A DNA stretch of 63,503 nucleotides, taken from the IMG/VR virus record IMGVR_UViG_3300020187_000012, positions 62,001 through 125,503 of that record; one strand, written 5' to 3'. The position numbers and the translations under genes were made by a program. The notes beneath the pieces were generated by a model. The model saw only the letters and a program-made list of their open reading frames with translations, searched no databases and was not told where the DNA came from. The stretch's first letter is position 1, and each line of letters opens with the position of its first letter. Shown here piece after piece: positions 8,382 to 17,435 of this stretch. This stretch comes from an uncultured virus (IMG/VR IMGVR_UViG_3300020187_000012). Taxonomy: Duplodnaviria; Heunggongvirae; Uroviricota; Caudoviricetes.

Positions 8382-11300
8382 ATGTTTGAATCTTTTAACA
8401 ATTTTATAAACAACAGCATGCCTTTAAACGAAGGTATGTTTTCATTTAAAACTTTAGGTGATAATAAAGCAATTAGCGCAATGTCAGGTGCTGATATTTA
8501 CATGTTTGACGATAAAGGAAACAAATGGCATGAAGAAAACTATGAAGGTTACGGCGTCTTTGGTGGTAAAGACTTTTTTGAGTTAATGGCTGAAATGAAT
8601 GATGAAACAGGTAGAGATATAGGTATTGACCTTTATTTCGGTAATGATAAAAAAGTTTTATACCCAGCATTAACAAGAGACAAAAATTTTAACTGGAAAA
8701 GACACAAGTTTACTACTAAGATAAAGTCAGACCCTAAGCAAGGTGCTTTCTCTGAATCAGTTATTAATGAAGCTAAGGCTCAGTACATGATAGGTGATAA
8801 AGAAGCAAGTAGAGAAGATGTATTATCTTATATGTTTAGCAATCCAAAAAAACCATTAGGTAATACTAGTACGGGTAAATTCCCAAAATGGGTACAGTCA
8901 AACAGCACACCTGACGGTGATACAATCACATGGTCTACTATTAAAAAGGATATGAAGACTCTTGAAAAAGAATATGGAAAAGGCAATGTGGTAGTTAGTG
9001 GTAACACAAACGGTGGCGATCCAGTGGTAGAAATATATATGAAATCACAAAATGAATCTGTAGTTACTGAAGCAAATTATTCTTTATCTAAATTAGAAGA
9101 TATGGGATTTAAAGCTGGTGAAGATTATTTTGAAAAAGTAAAAGGTTTATTAAAAAATGGTCCAGATTTAAAGGCTTATAAAAAGGGATTCACACAAGGT
9201 TTTGTAGATAATGCAGCCGCTTATGGTGTTAAAGAATCTGTAGTTACTGAAGCTAAAGATGATTTTATGGCAAAACATTCCGGAACTAATATTACCCTAA
9301 AGAAAGGTTATAAACACCACACTGAAGATGAATTAACAGATTTATACAATAAGATTGGCGAATTAGTTAAAGATGATTTAAAGGTAAAGGATGTTACTAT
9401 TGTTTTTGAATCAGTAGTTAATGAAGCTAAGTCTATTGCTAAAATTCAAAAAGAATGGGGTAAAGTTACAGCTATGATGAAAGATACAGTCGCATCATAT
9501 AAAGAAGCAGAAGGTCAGGAAAAAGAAGACCTAGTAGACCAACTTAAAGTTTTAACAGTTTCAAAGAAAAAGCTTGAAGCGGAATTAGACGCAGCAGTAG
9601 GTCTTAAAGATATGGATGTTGAATTAGATGAAGCTACAATGAAAAATATAAATCATATATTAAACGAAAACGAGCAAATAGATGAAGCTATTAAAGTTGG
9701 TGACCTTAAAGTAGGTAGAGGCTTTAAATTAGGTGATGATGTATTTAGAATTATCAAACTAGAAAAAGATAAAAAATTTGGACTAATTGCAGATACTGAG
9801 CGTATTTGTTCAATAACAGGTACAAAATACAAATATTTAGATACAGCTAAAGAATTAGTTGATTTCTTTAACGAAGAAGGTGTTGTTGCTGAAGGTATGG
9901 TATTTGAAGCTTTTGATAGCATCGATGAAGAGCTTAACGAAAGAGTAGTTACAATCAAAAGAAGATATACTGAAAACTATCCAGCAGTTACAGTTGGTAA
10001 ATCAGCAAGAATTAGAAACAAGATGCTAGAAGCAATCGCGGACGGCAAAATCACACAAGAAGAGTTTAACACTATCTTAAAAGAAATGTCTAACCACCCA
10101 GGTAAGTGGTCAAGAAGAAACGCTAAGTACTTTAACGTATCTGAAGATGGTGTTTCACTTTCTAAAGCAGGTTCAAGAATCCTTCAAAAGATTGCAATCA
10201 ATGAGAACTCTGTAAACGAAGCAAGACAATCATGGATCGTTTATACAGGTGATGTTGCTAAGAAATTCTATTCAGAGCACACTAACAAAAAATCAGCTGA
10301 AAAGATGATTGACATGATTATTAAAAAATTCGATACAGTAGGTATGATGACAAAAGAACTATGGGAAAAAGAAAGAGCTGAAGGTTTCGTTACTGAAGAA
10401 GCAACACCTTTCGTATATGAATCATTTGCTGCATTTGAATCTACTAACCTTAACGAAGCTTCATTTGTTGTATGGTATGAGGATAAAGAGGGTAAACACC
10501 TTTTAGGTACGTTCCACAACAAAAGAGCTGCGGACAAGTATAAGTCAGAAGAAGAAGATGAAGTACTAAACACAGTAGGTGTTGAATCAATTGGCACAAT
10601 GTCTAAAACTATGTGGGATAAAAAAGAAGCTCCATATATTAAAGAATCTCAAGTTAATACTGATAACACTGAATTAGTTACTGAAGCATTCAAATCGTCT
10701 AAGCTTAGAAACCTCTTAACAATGGGTGGCGCTGATGGTATGAAGCTTAAAGGCTTATCAAAAGCATTTTATGGTTTAACTAAATACAAATTAGATGAGC
10801 TACCAGACGCAGCACTGAGGGATGTTGACCCACAGACAGCATACAAGTCGTACCAAAAAGACAAAGAATTTGCGGTATTTTATATTGTTGACAATGAAAA
10901 GAATAATCCATTTTCTGATGATAGAGACTGGGGTGGTAAAATCAATCCGGGGATTATTGCAATTACAAGAGCTAAAGAATTCTTAGGAGATAATAGAAGA
11001 GTCGGCACTGATAGGAAATTGTCTAATAATGCACAGCCAGCTGGTGGTGATAAAAGATATTCAGGTTGGGGTGCTTCAGGTATTTATAATATAAAAAGAG
11101 CAGCTGAAGTTGCGGATAGAGCTATTGTTGTATGGCTTAATAATGATGTATTCAAGTCTACTGACTTAACAAAAGAAAGAACAGAAGCTAAGTCTGGTGC
11201 AATCGCATTCAAGTCTGATGCAGATTTTAAGAAAGCTAACCTAGCAAGGTATAGAGAAATTCTAGCTACTAAAGCATCTAAACTGCCTTTAGATAAAATG

Positions 11301-11609
11301 GTTGAATCGGCTATTAACGAACTTTCTGACCAAATCAAAAAGGGTCTATCGGCTGGCGAGGTTGGTAGATATGGTGATATTCTTATTGGTAAAAACAAAA
11401 AGGGTAGTGAAGTTAAAATGAGAGATGCATCTAATCATATGTCTAACATTTTAGATAATTATGGTAGATACTGTTCTTATGTTAATGAAGCTGAAGCTGA
11501 AAAAGATTCAGGTTACTCTAGTGGTTTTTACGAAAAAGAATCTAAGAAATACGCTAAAGAAGTTTCTGACCAAATCAAGAAAATCAAAGGAATGGATTAC
11601 GCTTGGTAA
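8382..11609 (+). CDS. Large modular putative capsid-internal polyprotein
   Basis: Short domains separated by ESVINEA/ESVVTEA/ESVVNEA/NSVNEA/ELVTEA linkers. Confidence 0.6.
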   Translation: MFESFNNFINNSMPLNEGMFSFKTLGDNKAISAMSGADIYMFDDKGNKWHEENYEGYGVFGGKDFFELMAEMNDETGRDIGIDLYFGNDKKVLYPALTRDKNFNWKRHKFTTKIKSDPKQGAFSESVINEAKAQYMIGDKEASREDVLSYMFSNPKKPLGNTSTGKFPKWVQSNSTPDGDTITWSTIKKDMKTLEKEYGKGNVVVSGNTNGGDPVVEIYMKSQNESVVTEANYSLSKLEDMGFKAGEDYFEKVKGLLKNGPDLKAYKKGFTQGFVDNAAAYGVKESVVTEAKDDFMAKHSGTNITLKKGYKHHTEDELTDLYNKIGELVKDDLKVKDVTIVFESVVNEAKSIAKIQKEWGKVTAMMKDTVASYKEAEGQEKEDLVDQLKVLTVSKKKLEAELDAAVGLKDMDVELDEATMKNINHILNENEQIDEAIKVGDLKVGRGFKLGDDVFRIIKLEKDKKFGLIADTERICSITGTKYKYLDTAKELVDFFNEEGVVAEGMVFEAFDSIDEELNERVVTIKRRYTENYPAVTVGKSARIRNKMLEAIADGKITQEEFNTILKEMSNHPGKWSRRNAKYFNVSEDGVSLSKAGSRILQKIAINENSVNEARQSWIVYTGDVAKKFYSEHTNKKSAEKMIDMIIKKFDTVGMMTKELWEKERAEGFVTEEATPFVYESFAAFESTNLNEASFVVWYEDKEGKHLLGTFHNKRAADKYKSEEEDEVLNTVGVESIGTMSKTMWDKKEAPYIKESQVNTDNTELVTEAFKSSKLRNLLTMGGADGMKLKGLSKAFYGLTKYKLDELPDAALRDVDPQTAYKSYQKDKEFAVFYIVDNEKNNPFSDDRDWGGKINPGIIAITRAKEFLGDNRRVGTDRKLSNNAQPAGGDKRYSGWGASGIYNIKRAAEVADRAIVVWLNNDVFKSTDLTKERTEAKSGAIAFKSDADFKKANLARYREILATKASKLPLDKMVESAINELSDQIKKGLSAGEVGRYGDILIGKNKKGSEVKMRDASNHMSNILDNYGRYCSYVNEAEAEKDSGYSSGFYEKESKKYAKEVSDQIKKIKGMDYAW
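8754..9427 (+). repeat. Dispersed 20-bp in-frame direct repeats GAATC(T/A)GT(A/T)(G/A)TTA(C/A)TGAAGC
   Basis: Copies at 8754, 9054, 9234 and 9408; those at 9054 and 9234 are identical (gaatctgtagttactgaagc). Confidence 0.8.
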
Positions 11610-11624
11610 TCAAATAAATTAATT

Positions 11625-12308
11625 ATGCCTAGTCAAAGTAAATCACAACAACGTTTAATGGGAGTTGCATACGCAGTTAAGTCTGGTGATATGCCACTTT
11701 CTGATGTTGATGCTTCATATAGAGATAAAGTTAAAGAGCTTGTTGACGGAATGTCACTTAAAGACCTTAAAGACTTTGCTGAAACGAAACACGACGATGT
11801 ACCAGAAGAAGTTACAGAAGGTGTAATGAAAATTGATTTACGCAAAATACTAACTAGAATCTCAGGTGCCATCGGATACAAGCACGACCCAAAAATGAGA
11901 CAAGAACTTCTTGCAGCATTTGAAGAGGACCTTAGACAGATCATGACAAAATACGATTATGTGGTTGAAGACAATATTGAAGAAGACTTATCAGCTGTTA
12001 CCCCAAGTATGTTGGGCGGTATGGGCGATGTTAGTTTACCCAATGGAGATACCCCCGGTTCAGGTGATGTTCCAGCAGGTTCAGGTAAAGCTAAAAAGAA
12101 AAAGAAGCTTAAAAACATTGAAGATTTTTTACAAGAACAAAAACAATTAAAATCATTTAAACCTGAACAGGGTAAAGGTGAAGCACTTGGTGAAGGTGAA
12201 TATGAAAACGGTTCTCCAGTTTCCCCAGAACAAGAAATGGAACACCGTGCTAACGCACATAGAGTTGCAAAAAATGTAATATCATTTGACGCATTTTCAA
12301 AAAGATAA
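11625..12308 (+). CDS. DUF3008-like N-terminal domain protein
   Basis: MPSQSKSQQRLMGVAYAVKSG...MSLKDLKDFAETKH pattern; C-terminal VISFDAF motif. Confidence 0.65.
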   Translation: MPSQSKSQQRLMGVAYAVKSGDMPLSDVDASYRDKVKELVDGMSLKDLKDFAETKHDDVPEEVTEGVMKIDLRKILTRISGAIGYKHDPKMRQELLAAFEEDLRQIMTKYDYVVEDNIEEDLSAVTPSMLGGMGDVSLPNGDTPGSGDVPAGSGKAKKKKKLKNIEDFLQEQKQLKSFKPEQGKGEALGEGEYENGSPVSPEQEMEHRANAHRVAKNVISFDAFSKR

Positions 12309-12332
12309 TTTAAGTATCATTGAATTAATAGT

Positions 12333-12364
12333 AAGGTCTAGAGCAATCTAGGCCTTTTCTTTTT
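12333..12364 (+). terminator. Intrinsic terminator
   Basis: aaggtctaga-gcaa-tctaggcctt followed by T-tract. Confidence 0.85.
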
Positions 12365-12392
12365 GAAACAAATACCATTAAGTGCATATAAA
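12365..12392 (+). promoter_or_regulatory. Putative middle promoter GAAACA-N16-TATAAA
   Basis: Recurrent bipartite motif. Confidence 0.65.
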
Positions 12393-12396
12393 ATAT

Positions 12397-12642
12397 ATGA
12401 ACTTCGAGATAAATCCAAACAAGCATTATTTAAAAGCACTTTTTGTTATAGAGTCTTGTACGAATAAAGCACACTTAGATGTTGCCGAACGTTGTATTGA
12501 ACTTTATAATTCAAGAGAACTTCAGTTTGTTAAGTTTTTTGATAAGTCTATGATTAAACCTATAGTTATGCATACTGGTCACTATGACCACCAAACCGCA
12601 GTTTGGATATTAAGAAAGAAATTAAGCAATAAGAAATTGTAA
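12397..12642 (+). CDS. Hypothetical protein
   Basis: ATG just downstream of the promoter motif. Confidence 0.6.
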   Translation: MNFEINPNKHYLKALFVIESCTNKAHLDVAERCIELYNSRELQFVKFFDKSMIKPIVMHTGHYDHQTAVWILRKKLSNKKL

Positions 12643-12643
12643 T

Positions 12644-12817
12644 ATGACAGAAGAGGACCAAATTATTGAAGTGTTAATGCAAGCATCTGAATATGGTATC
12701 AGAGAAGAAGTGATTCAATATTCAAGACATCTTAGAGAAATTAATATTAGATTAAATCGTGTAGACGCATACGAAATGGCAATGCGACATATTTTAGAAG
12801 TTACTGGAGATGAATAA
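12644..12817 (+). CDS. Hypothetical protein, 57 aa (absent from ORF track)
   Basis: MTEEDQIIEVLMQASEYGIREEV...; fills the gap and overlaps the thyA start. Confidence 0.65.
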   Translation: MTEEDQIIEVLMQASEYGIREEVIQYSRHLREINIRLNRVDAYEMAMRHILEVTGDE

Positions 12818-13805
12818 ATTAGATCAAGATTATCAACAACTTCTTTTAGACATTATGACAAACGGTGTGGAAAAAGAAGACAGAACCGGAACCGGCACAA
12901 TTTCAGTATTCGGTCGTCAGATTCGCCATAATATGCAAGATGGCTTTCCACTTCTTACAACCAAACGAATGGCAATCAATTCTATTATGACCGAGTTGAA
13001 ATGGTTTTTAAAAGGAGATACCAATATCAAATATTTGGTTGATAACGGATGTAATATTTGGAATGGTGATGCTTATAAGAACTATTGTAAAATTGCCGGC
13101 TCTGTTAAAGAACCTGATTATGATATTCATATAGATGACCCAAATCAGAATTGTACTCGTTTGATGACCCAAGAAGAATTCATCAACAAAATCAAAACTG
13201 ATGATAAGTTTGCAGTTAAGTGGGGTGAATTAGGTCCTATCTACGGAAAGCAATGGAGGAGTTGGAAAGGTGATACTTGGGCGGAAGGAAATACCGATGG
13301 AACTGAAGGATTTTATCTTCAATCTGAAACGATTGACCAAATCCAAAAACTAATCAATGACCTTAAAACAAATCCTGATTCTCGTAGACTTATGGTTAGC
13401 GCATGGAATGTTGGAGAGCTACCAGAGATGACTTTACCACCTTGCCACTATGGATTTCAAGTTTATACAAGAGAATTAGACGGACAAAGATATCTTTCAT
13501 TAATGTGGAATCAACGTTCTGTGGATACATTCCTGGGACTTCCATTTAATATTGCATCATACGGTATGCTACTTGAACTTATAGCAAGTGAGGTTAATAT
13601 GATACCAGATGAGCTGGTCGGTAATTTAGGTGATGTTCATTTGTATTCTAATCATATTAAACAGGCAAATATACAATGTAGCCGTCAACCTTATAATTTA
13701 CCAAAGCTTACTAAATTAAAAAGTAATCTTTTAGATGGTGAATTTGAGCATAGTATAGAGTATTATGAATGTTGGCCAAAAATTGAAGCACCTATAAGCA
13801 ATTAA
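12810..13805 (+). CDS. thyA: Thymidylate synthase
   Basis: DRTGTGT, FPLLTTK, LPPCH, QRSVDTFLGLPFN motifs. Confidence 0.97.
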   Translation: MNKLDQDYQQLLLDIMTNGVEKEDRTGTGTISVFGRQIRHNMQDGFPLLTTKRMAINSIMTELKWFLKGDTNIKYLVDNGCNIWNGDAYKNYCKIAGSVKEPDYDIHIDDPNQNCTRLMTQEEFINKIKTDDKFAVKWGELGPIYGKQWRSWKGDTWAEGNTDGTEGFYLQSETIDQIQKLINDLKTNPDSRRLMVSAWNVGELPEMTLPPCHYGFQVYTRELDGQRYLSLMWNQRSVDTFLGLPFNIASYGMLLELIASEVNMIPDELVGNLGDVHLYSNHIKQANIQCSRQPYNLPKLTKLKSNLLDGEFEHSIEYYECWPKIEAPISN

Positions 13806-13806
13806 T

Positions 13807-14013
13807 ATGAGTTGGTTTAATTATATAGAAATATACTTAATTATCGGTACTATTTTAATGGCTATTTTAGATATTACATTTAATAGAGTTAAATCCATAC
13901 TAGACGATGAATTTAAAGAAGGGTATACAAATTTAGAAAGAGTTTATGTTATAATTTTGTGGCCTATATTTTTATACAATTTAATTAAAGAGATTTTAAA
14001 AGTAAACAAATAA
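13807..14013 (+). CDS. Small membrane protein
   Basis: Two hydrophobic segments, ILWP motif. Confidence 0.6.
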   Translation: MSWFNYIEIYLIIGTILMAILDITFNRVKSILDDEFKEGYTNLERVYVIILWPIFLYNLIKEILKVNK

Positions 14014-14034
14014 ATATAAATTCATATAATAATC

Positions 14035-14412
14035 ATGGATGTAAATTTTAAACTTATTTTACCGGGAGCACAGACTGATATTTCAGCTGATAAAATCAAC
14101 TGGGTTACTTGGAAAACAGACGGCGGTGGTGGATTTTCTTCATCACACGATGGACCCGATATTGGACGTTGTTTAGTACTGGACCTAGAAGTTATGCCAT
14201 TGGCAGTTCTTTTAGAGCTTTCTAAAAACAACTTTGAAAATCTAGATGGTTTATTACAAAAATCAGCGTATGCTTATTTGAGTATGCCAATAATTTCTAT
14301 GGAAGAAGTTACTCGAGAAAATATTAAATTTACAACACAAGAGGGAGAATTCGAATTATTAATCAATGCAAATCCAATCTTAAGGACACGCACACCATTT
14401 AGTTACACATAA
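14035..14412 (+). CDS. Hypothetical protein
   Basis: ORF in operon context. Confidence 0.65.
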   Translation: MDVNFKLILPGAQTDISADKINWVTWKTDGGGGFSSSHDGPDIGRCLVLDLEVMPLAVLLELSKNNFENLDGLLQKSAYAYLSMPIISMEEVTRENIKFTTQEGEFELLINANPILRTRTPFSYT

Positions 14413-14413
14413 T

Positions 14414-14881
14414 ATGGCAAATATAGATAATCAATGTAAAGACCTAGAAGTAACAGACTTCTATGGCGAATCAAAAACGCATTTGGCAGACATCATGTCT
14501 CACCAAAAAGAAATGCAAGAAAAAACTTATGGTGTTAACTTTGAAAACATGACAATCCGCGAAGTCATGAATTTCTGGCACATGAACACACACGCAGTCA
14601 TTGATGAAATTCACGAGATGACAGATGCATTGGGTGGTATTAATGATGGTTCCGGTAATGCAGTTTGGAAGCCTTGGAAGAAAGACCACACGATATATGA
14701 TACCATGAAGGTTTCTGATTTATCAGAAGGCGACCTTAAGGAGTTGTACATGGAATGGGTTGATATCTTACACTTCTTTATGAACTACGCTGCGTCAATC
14801 GGACTCGACGCACAAACGGCATATAATTACTACTTTGCAAAAGCTGAGGAGAATAAGAACCGTCAAAAGCGTGGATACTAA
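14414..14881 (+). CDS. All-alpha NTP pyrophosphatase (dimeric dUTPase/dCTPase-like)
   Basis: DEIHEMTDAL, WKPWK, EWVDILHF motifs. Confidence 0.85.
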   Translation: MANIDNQCKDLEVTDFYGESKTHLADIMSHQKEMQEKTYGVNFENMTIREVMNFWHMNTHAVIDEIHEMTDALGGINDGSGNAVWKPWKKDHTIYDTMKVSDLSEGDLKELYMEWVDILHFFMNYAASIGLDAQTAYNYYFAKAEENKNRQKRGY

Positions 14882-16284
14882 TGCTATTAGATGTAGAGCA
14901 AAAAGATAAAGAAATTATCGTTTCATATTACGATACAGAAGGTCAAGTAAAGTTTCGTCGTTATCCGATTGAGCAATACAAAAACTGGTATATTACAGAT
15001 GAAAACGATAGATATAAACACGATTCTTTAAGAAACTGGGACGGTCGCCCCGTTAAAGAAGGTAGAGCTAGGCAGTACAGTAAATTTTCATTAATTTCAT
15101 TTTTAGATAATTTACCGGATAATGATAAAAAGATTATCTTTGAACCTACAATGCCAAAAACATACTTTGTCGATATTGAAACTGAGATTGTTGATGGTTT
15201 CCCAAAACCAGAAGAAGCTAAAACCAGAATCTTATCATTTTCAATTATCACACCAGAACGTAAAGCGATTGTACTGGGTTTAGAAGATATGGCACCTGAT
15301 AAAATTCAGAAGATTCAAGACGATACAAACAATTACTTTAAGACTCTTGATTCTGATTGGACTTTTGATTACCGTAAGTTTGATTCTGAATATGATATGG
15401 TTTTTACATTTATTAATAGGTTTTTGCCTAAGTTTCCGATGATGACTGGTTGGAACTTTATTAATTATGACTGGCAGTATATTGTAAACCGTTGTAAGCG
15501 TCTTCAGATTGATATTACAGCAGCTGCAAAAACTAAAGCACTTGACCGTGTAGATTCACGGCCATTGCATATGGGTATTCTTGATTACATGCAATTGTAT
15601 GACAAATACGACCGTAGTGTTAAAGTAAAGGAGTCTAACGCACTCGACTATGTATCTGGACAAGTACTTAACTTAAACAAGATAAAGTATACAGGTGGCT
15701 TACAAGACTTGTATGTACAAGATTTTGTTAAGTATATTTACTACAATGTTGTCGATTCAGTTTTAGTTTATTATATTGACCAAAAGCTAAAGTCAATGGA
15801 AGTTCTTTTGACCCTAGCGTCTATCACAAAAATGCCATTATATAAAGCTGCATCACCAGTATCAGTTACCGAAGCTTTGATTGCACGTAAGCTTGCTGAA
15901 GAAAACAAATGTGTTGCAACTGAAAAGAAAGAGGACAGCTTTAAAGATGGTAAGTACGCCGGTGCTTATGTGAAACAACCTAAAGTTGGGTATTATCAAG
16001 GTGTAAGTGCATTTGACTTTGCGTCACTATATCCATCTATTATGCGTCAGTTTAATATTTCACCAGATGCATATAAAGATATTATCCCGGTATCACAGAT
16101 ACCTGAACGCCGTAAAAACAAAGATGAAATTGTTTGTGCAAATGGCGTTGTTTATGATAAAAAAGATTCTATCTTAAAGCAAATCCTAACCGACCTTTAC
16201 GGACAACGTAAAGATTACAAGAAGACGTCTTATGAGTATTACTCAAAGGCAAAAGAGATTAAGGACAGATTATCTAAATTATAA
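14881..16284 (+). CDS. Family-B DNA polymerase, N-terminal subunit (3'-5' exonuclease plus motif A)
   Basis: DIET exo I, GWNFINYD exo II, YNVVD exo III, DFASLYPSIM motif A; ends in the fingers region. Confidence 0.92.
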   Translation: MLLDVEQKDKEIIVSYYDTEGQVKFRRYPIEQYKNWYITDENDRYKHDSLRNWDGRPVKEGRARQYSKFSLISFLDNLPDNDKKIIFEPTMPKTYFVDIETEIVDGFPKPEEAKTRILSFSIITPERKAIVLGLEDMAPDKIQKIQDDTNNYFKTLDSDWTFDYRKFDSEYDMVFTFINRFLPKFPMMTGWNFINYDWQYIVNRCKRLQIDITAAAKTKALDRVDSRPLHMGILDYMQLYDKYDRSVKVKESNALDYVSGQVLNLNKIKYTGGLQDLYVQDFVKYIYYNVVDSVLVYYIDQKLKSMEVLLTLASITKMPLYKAASPVSVTEALIARKLAEENKCVATEKKEDSFKDGKYAGAYVKQPKVGYYQGVSAFDFASLYPSIMRQFNISPDAYKDIIPVSQIPERRKNKDEIVCANGVVYDKKDSILKQILTDLYGQRKDYKKTSYEYYSKAKEIKDRLSKL

Positions 16285-16345
16285 TATATCACTATAATTG
16301 CTAATAATCAAGGGTCCTGTTTGTTTAATAAATATATAATAAAAG

Positions 16346-16381
16346 CAAACGGGTCTAGGGGTAATATCCTTGACCCGTTTG
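16346..16381 (+). other. Strong hairpin in nrdB leader
   Basis: caaacgggtc/gacccgtttg 10-bp stem plus inner aggg/tcct. Confidence 0.65.
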
Positions 16382-16421
16382 TCGTCTAAAGACTTTTTAT
16401 AAAAAAAATAGAATTTTAAGA

Positions 16422-17426
16422 ATGTCAAAATTATTTGAAGAAAGAATAGAATACAAACCGTTTGAATATCCGGTTTATTATAATGAAGGTTGGTTAAAAC
16501 AAGCACAAGCTTTTTGGTTACATACGGAAATATCAATGCAGGGTGATGTTAAAGATTGGAATGAGAATCTATCTCCAGAAGAGAAGAATCTAGTCGGTAA
16601 CATCCTTTTGGGGTTTGCACAGACAGAATGTGCGGTTTCAGATTACTGGACAACAATGGTTACCAAGTGGTTCCCTAAGCATGAGATTAAGCAGATGGCT
16701 ATGATGTTCGGCTCACAAGAAACAATTCACGCTACGGCGTATTCTTATCTTAACGAGACTTTAGGTCTTGAAGATTTTTCAGGTTTCTTACACGAACCAT
16801 CAATGGCAGACCGCTTTGAATTCCTTATGAATACAGAAGCTGATTGGACATTTGAGGATTTAGCTGAAAACCCAAGAGCTAGAAAACAAGTTGCAAGATC
16901 ATTGGCAATCTTTTCAGCATTTGCAGAAGGCGTTGCGCTTTATTCTTCATTTGCAGTTCTTTACTCATTCCAAATGAGAGATAAGCTAAAAGGTATTGGT
17001 CAACAAATGAAGTGGTCGGTAAGAGATGAGTCATTGCATTCTAAAATGGGTTGTCAGTTATTTAATCATATGACTGCAGAATACCCTGAGCTTCTTGATG
17101 AAGTTAAATCTGATGTTATTGAAGCTGCAAGATTAATGGTTGAGATGGAAATGAGTTATATTGATAAAATCTTTGAGCAAGGCGATCTTGAAAATCTTAA
17201 AGCGGACGACTTAAAAGAGTTTATCAAAAAAAGAGCAAATGAAAAGCTAGCTGAATTAAACATTGACCCGATTTTTATGTATAATGAAGATAAAGCAGGT
17301 GAGTTAGATTGGTTCTATCATTTAACAGGTGGACACACTCATACTGATTTCTTTGCAGTTAGACCTACTGATTATTCAAAAGCAGGTGAGGATGAAAACT
17401 GGGATGAAGATGATTTATTTGATTAA
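16422..17426 (+). CDS. nrdB: Ribonucleotide reductase class I beta subunit
   Basis: ETIH..AY, EGVALYSSF, RDESLH dimetal motifs; C-terminal DFF...TDY. Confidence 0.96.
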   Translation: MSKLFEERIEYKPFEYPVYYNEGWLKQAQAFWLHTEISMQGDVKDWNENLSPEEKNLVGNILLGFAQTECAVSDYWTTMVTKWFPKHEIKQMAMMFGSQETIHATAYSYLNETLGLEDFSGFLHEPSMADRFEFLMNTEADWTFEDLAENPRARKQVARSLAIFSAFAEGVALYSSFAVLYSFQMRDKLKGIGQQMKWSVRDESLHSKMGCQLFNHMTAEYPELLDEVKSDVIEAARLMVEMEMSYIDKIFEQGDLENLKADDLKEFIKKRANEKLAELNIDPIFMYNEDKAGELDWFYHLTGGHTHTDFFAVRPTDYSKAGEDENWDEDDLFD

Positions 17427-17435
17427 TAAAATAAT

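Noticed and set aside
8754..9427. Repeats as a CRISPR array
   Set aside because: Spacers are ~150-280 bp, the repeats are in-frame coding and non-palindromic, and no cas genes are present
12810..13805. thyA as a DNA-modifying dCMP hydroxymethylase
   Set aside because: It retains the dUMP-specifying Asn (GLPFN) and canonical thymidylate synthase motifs
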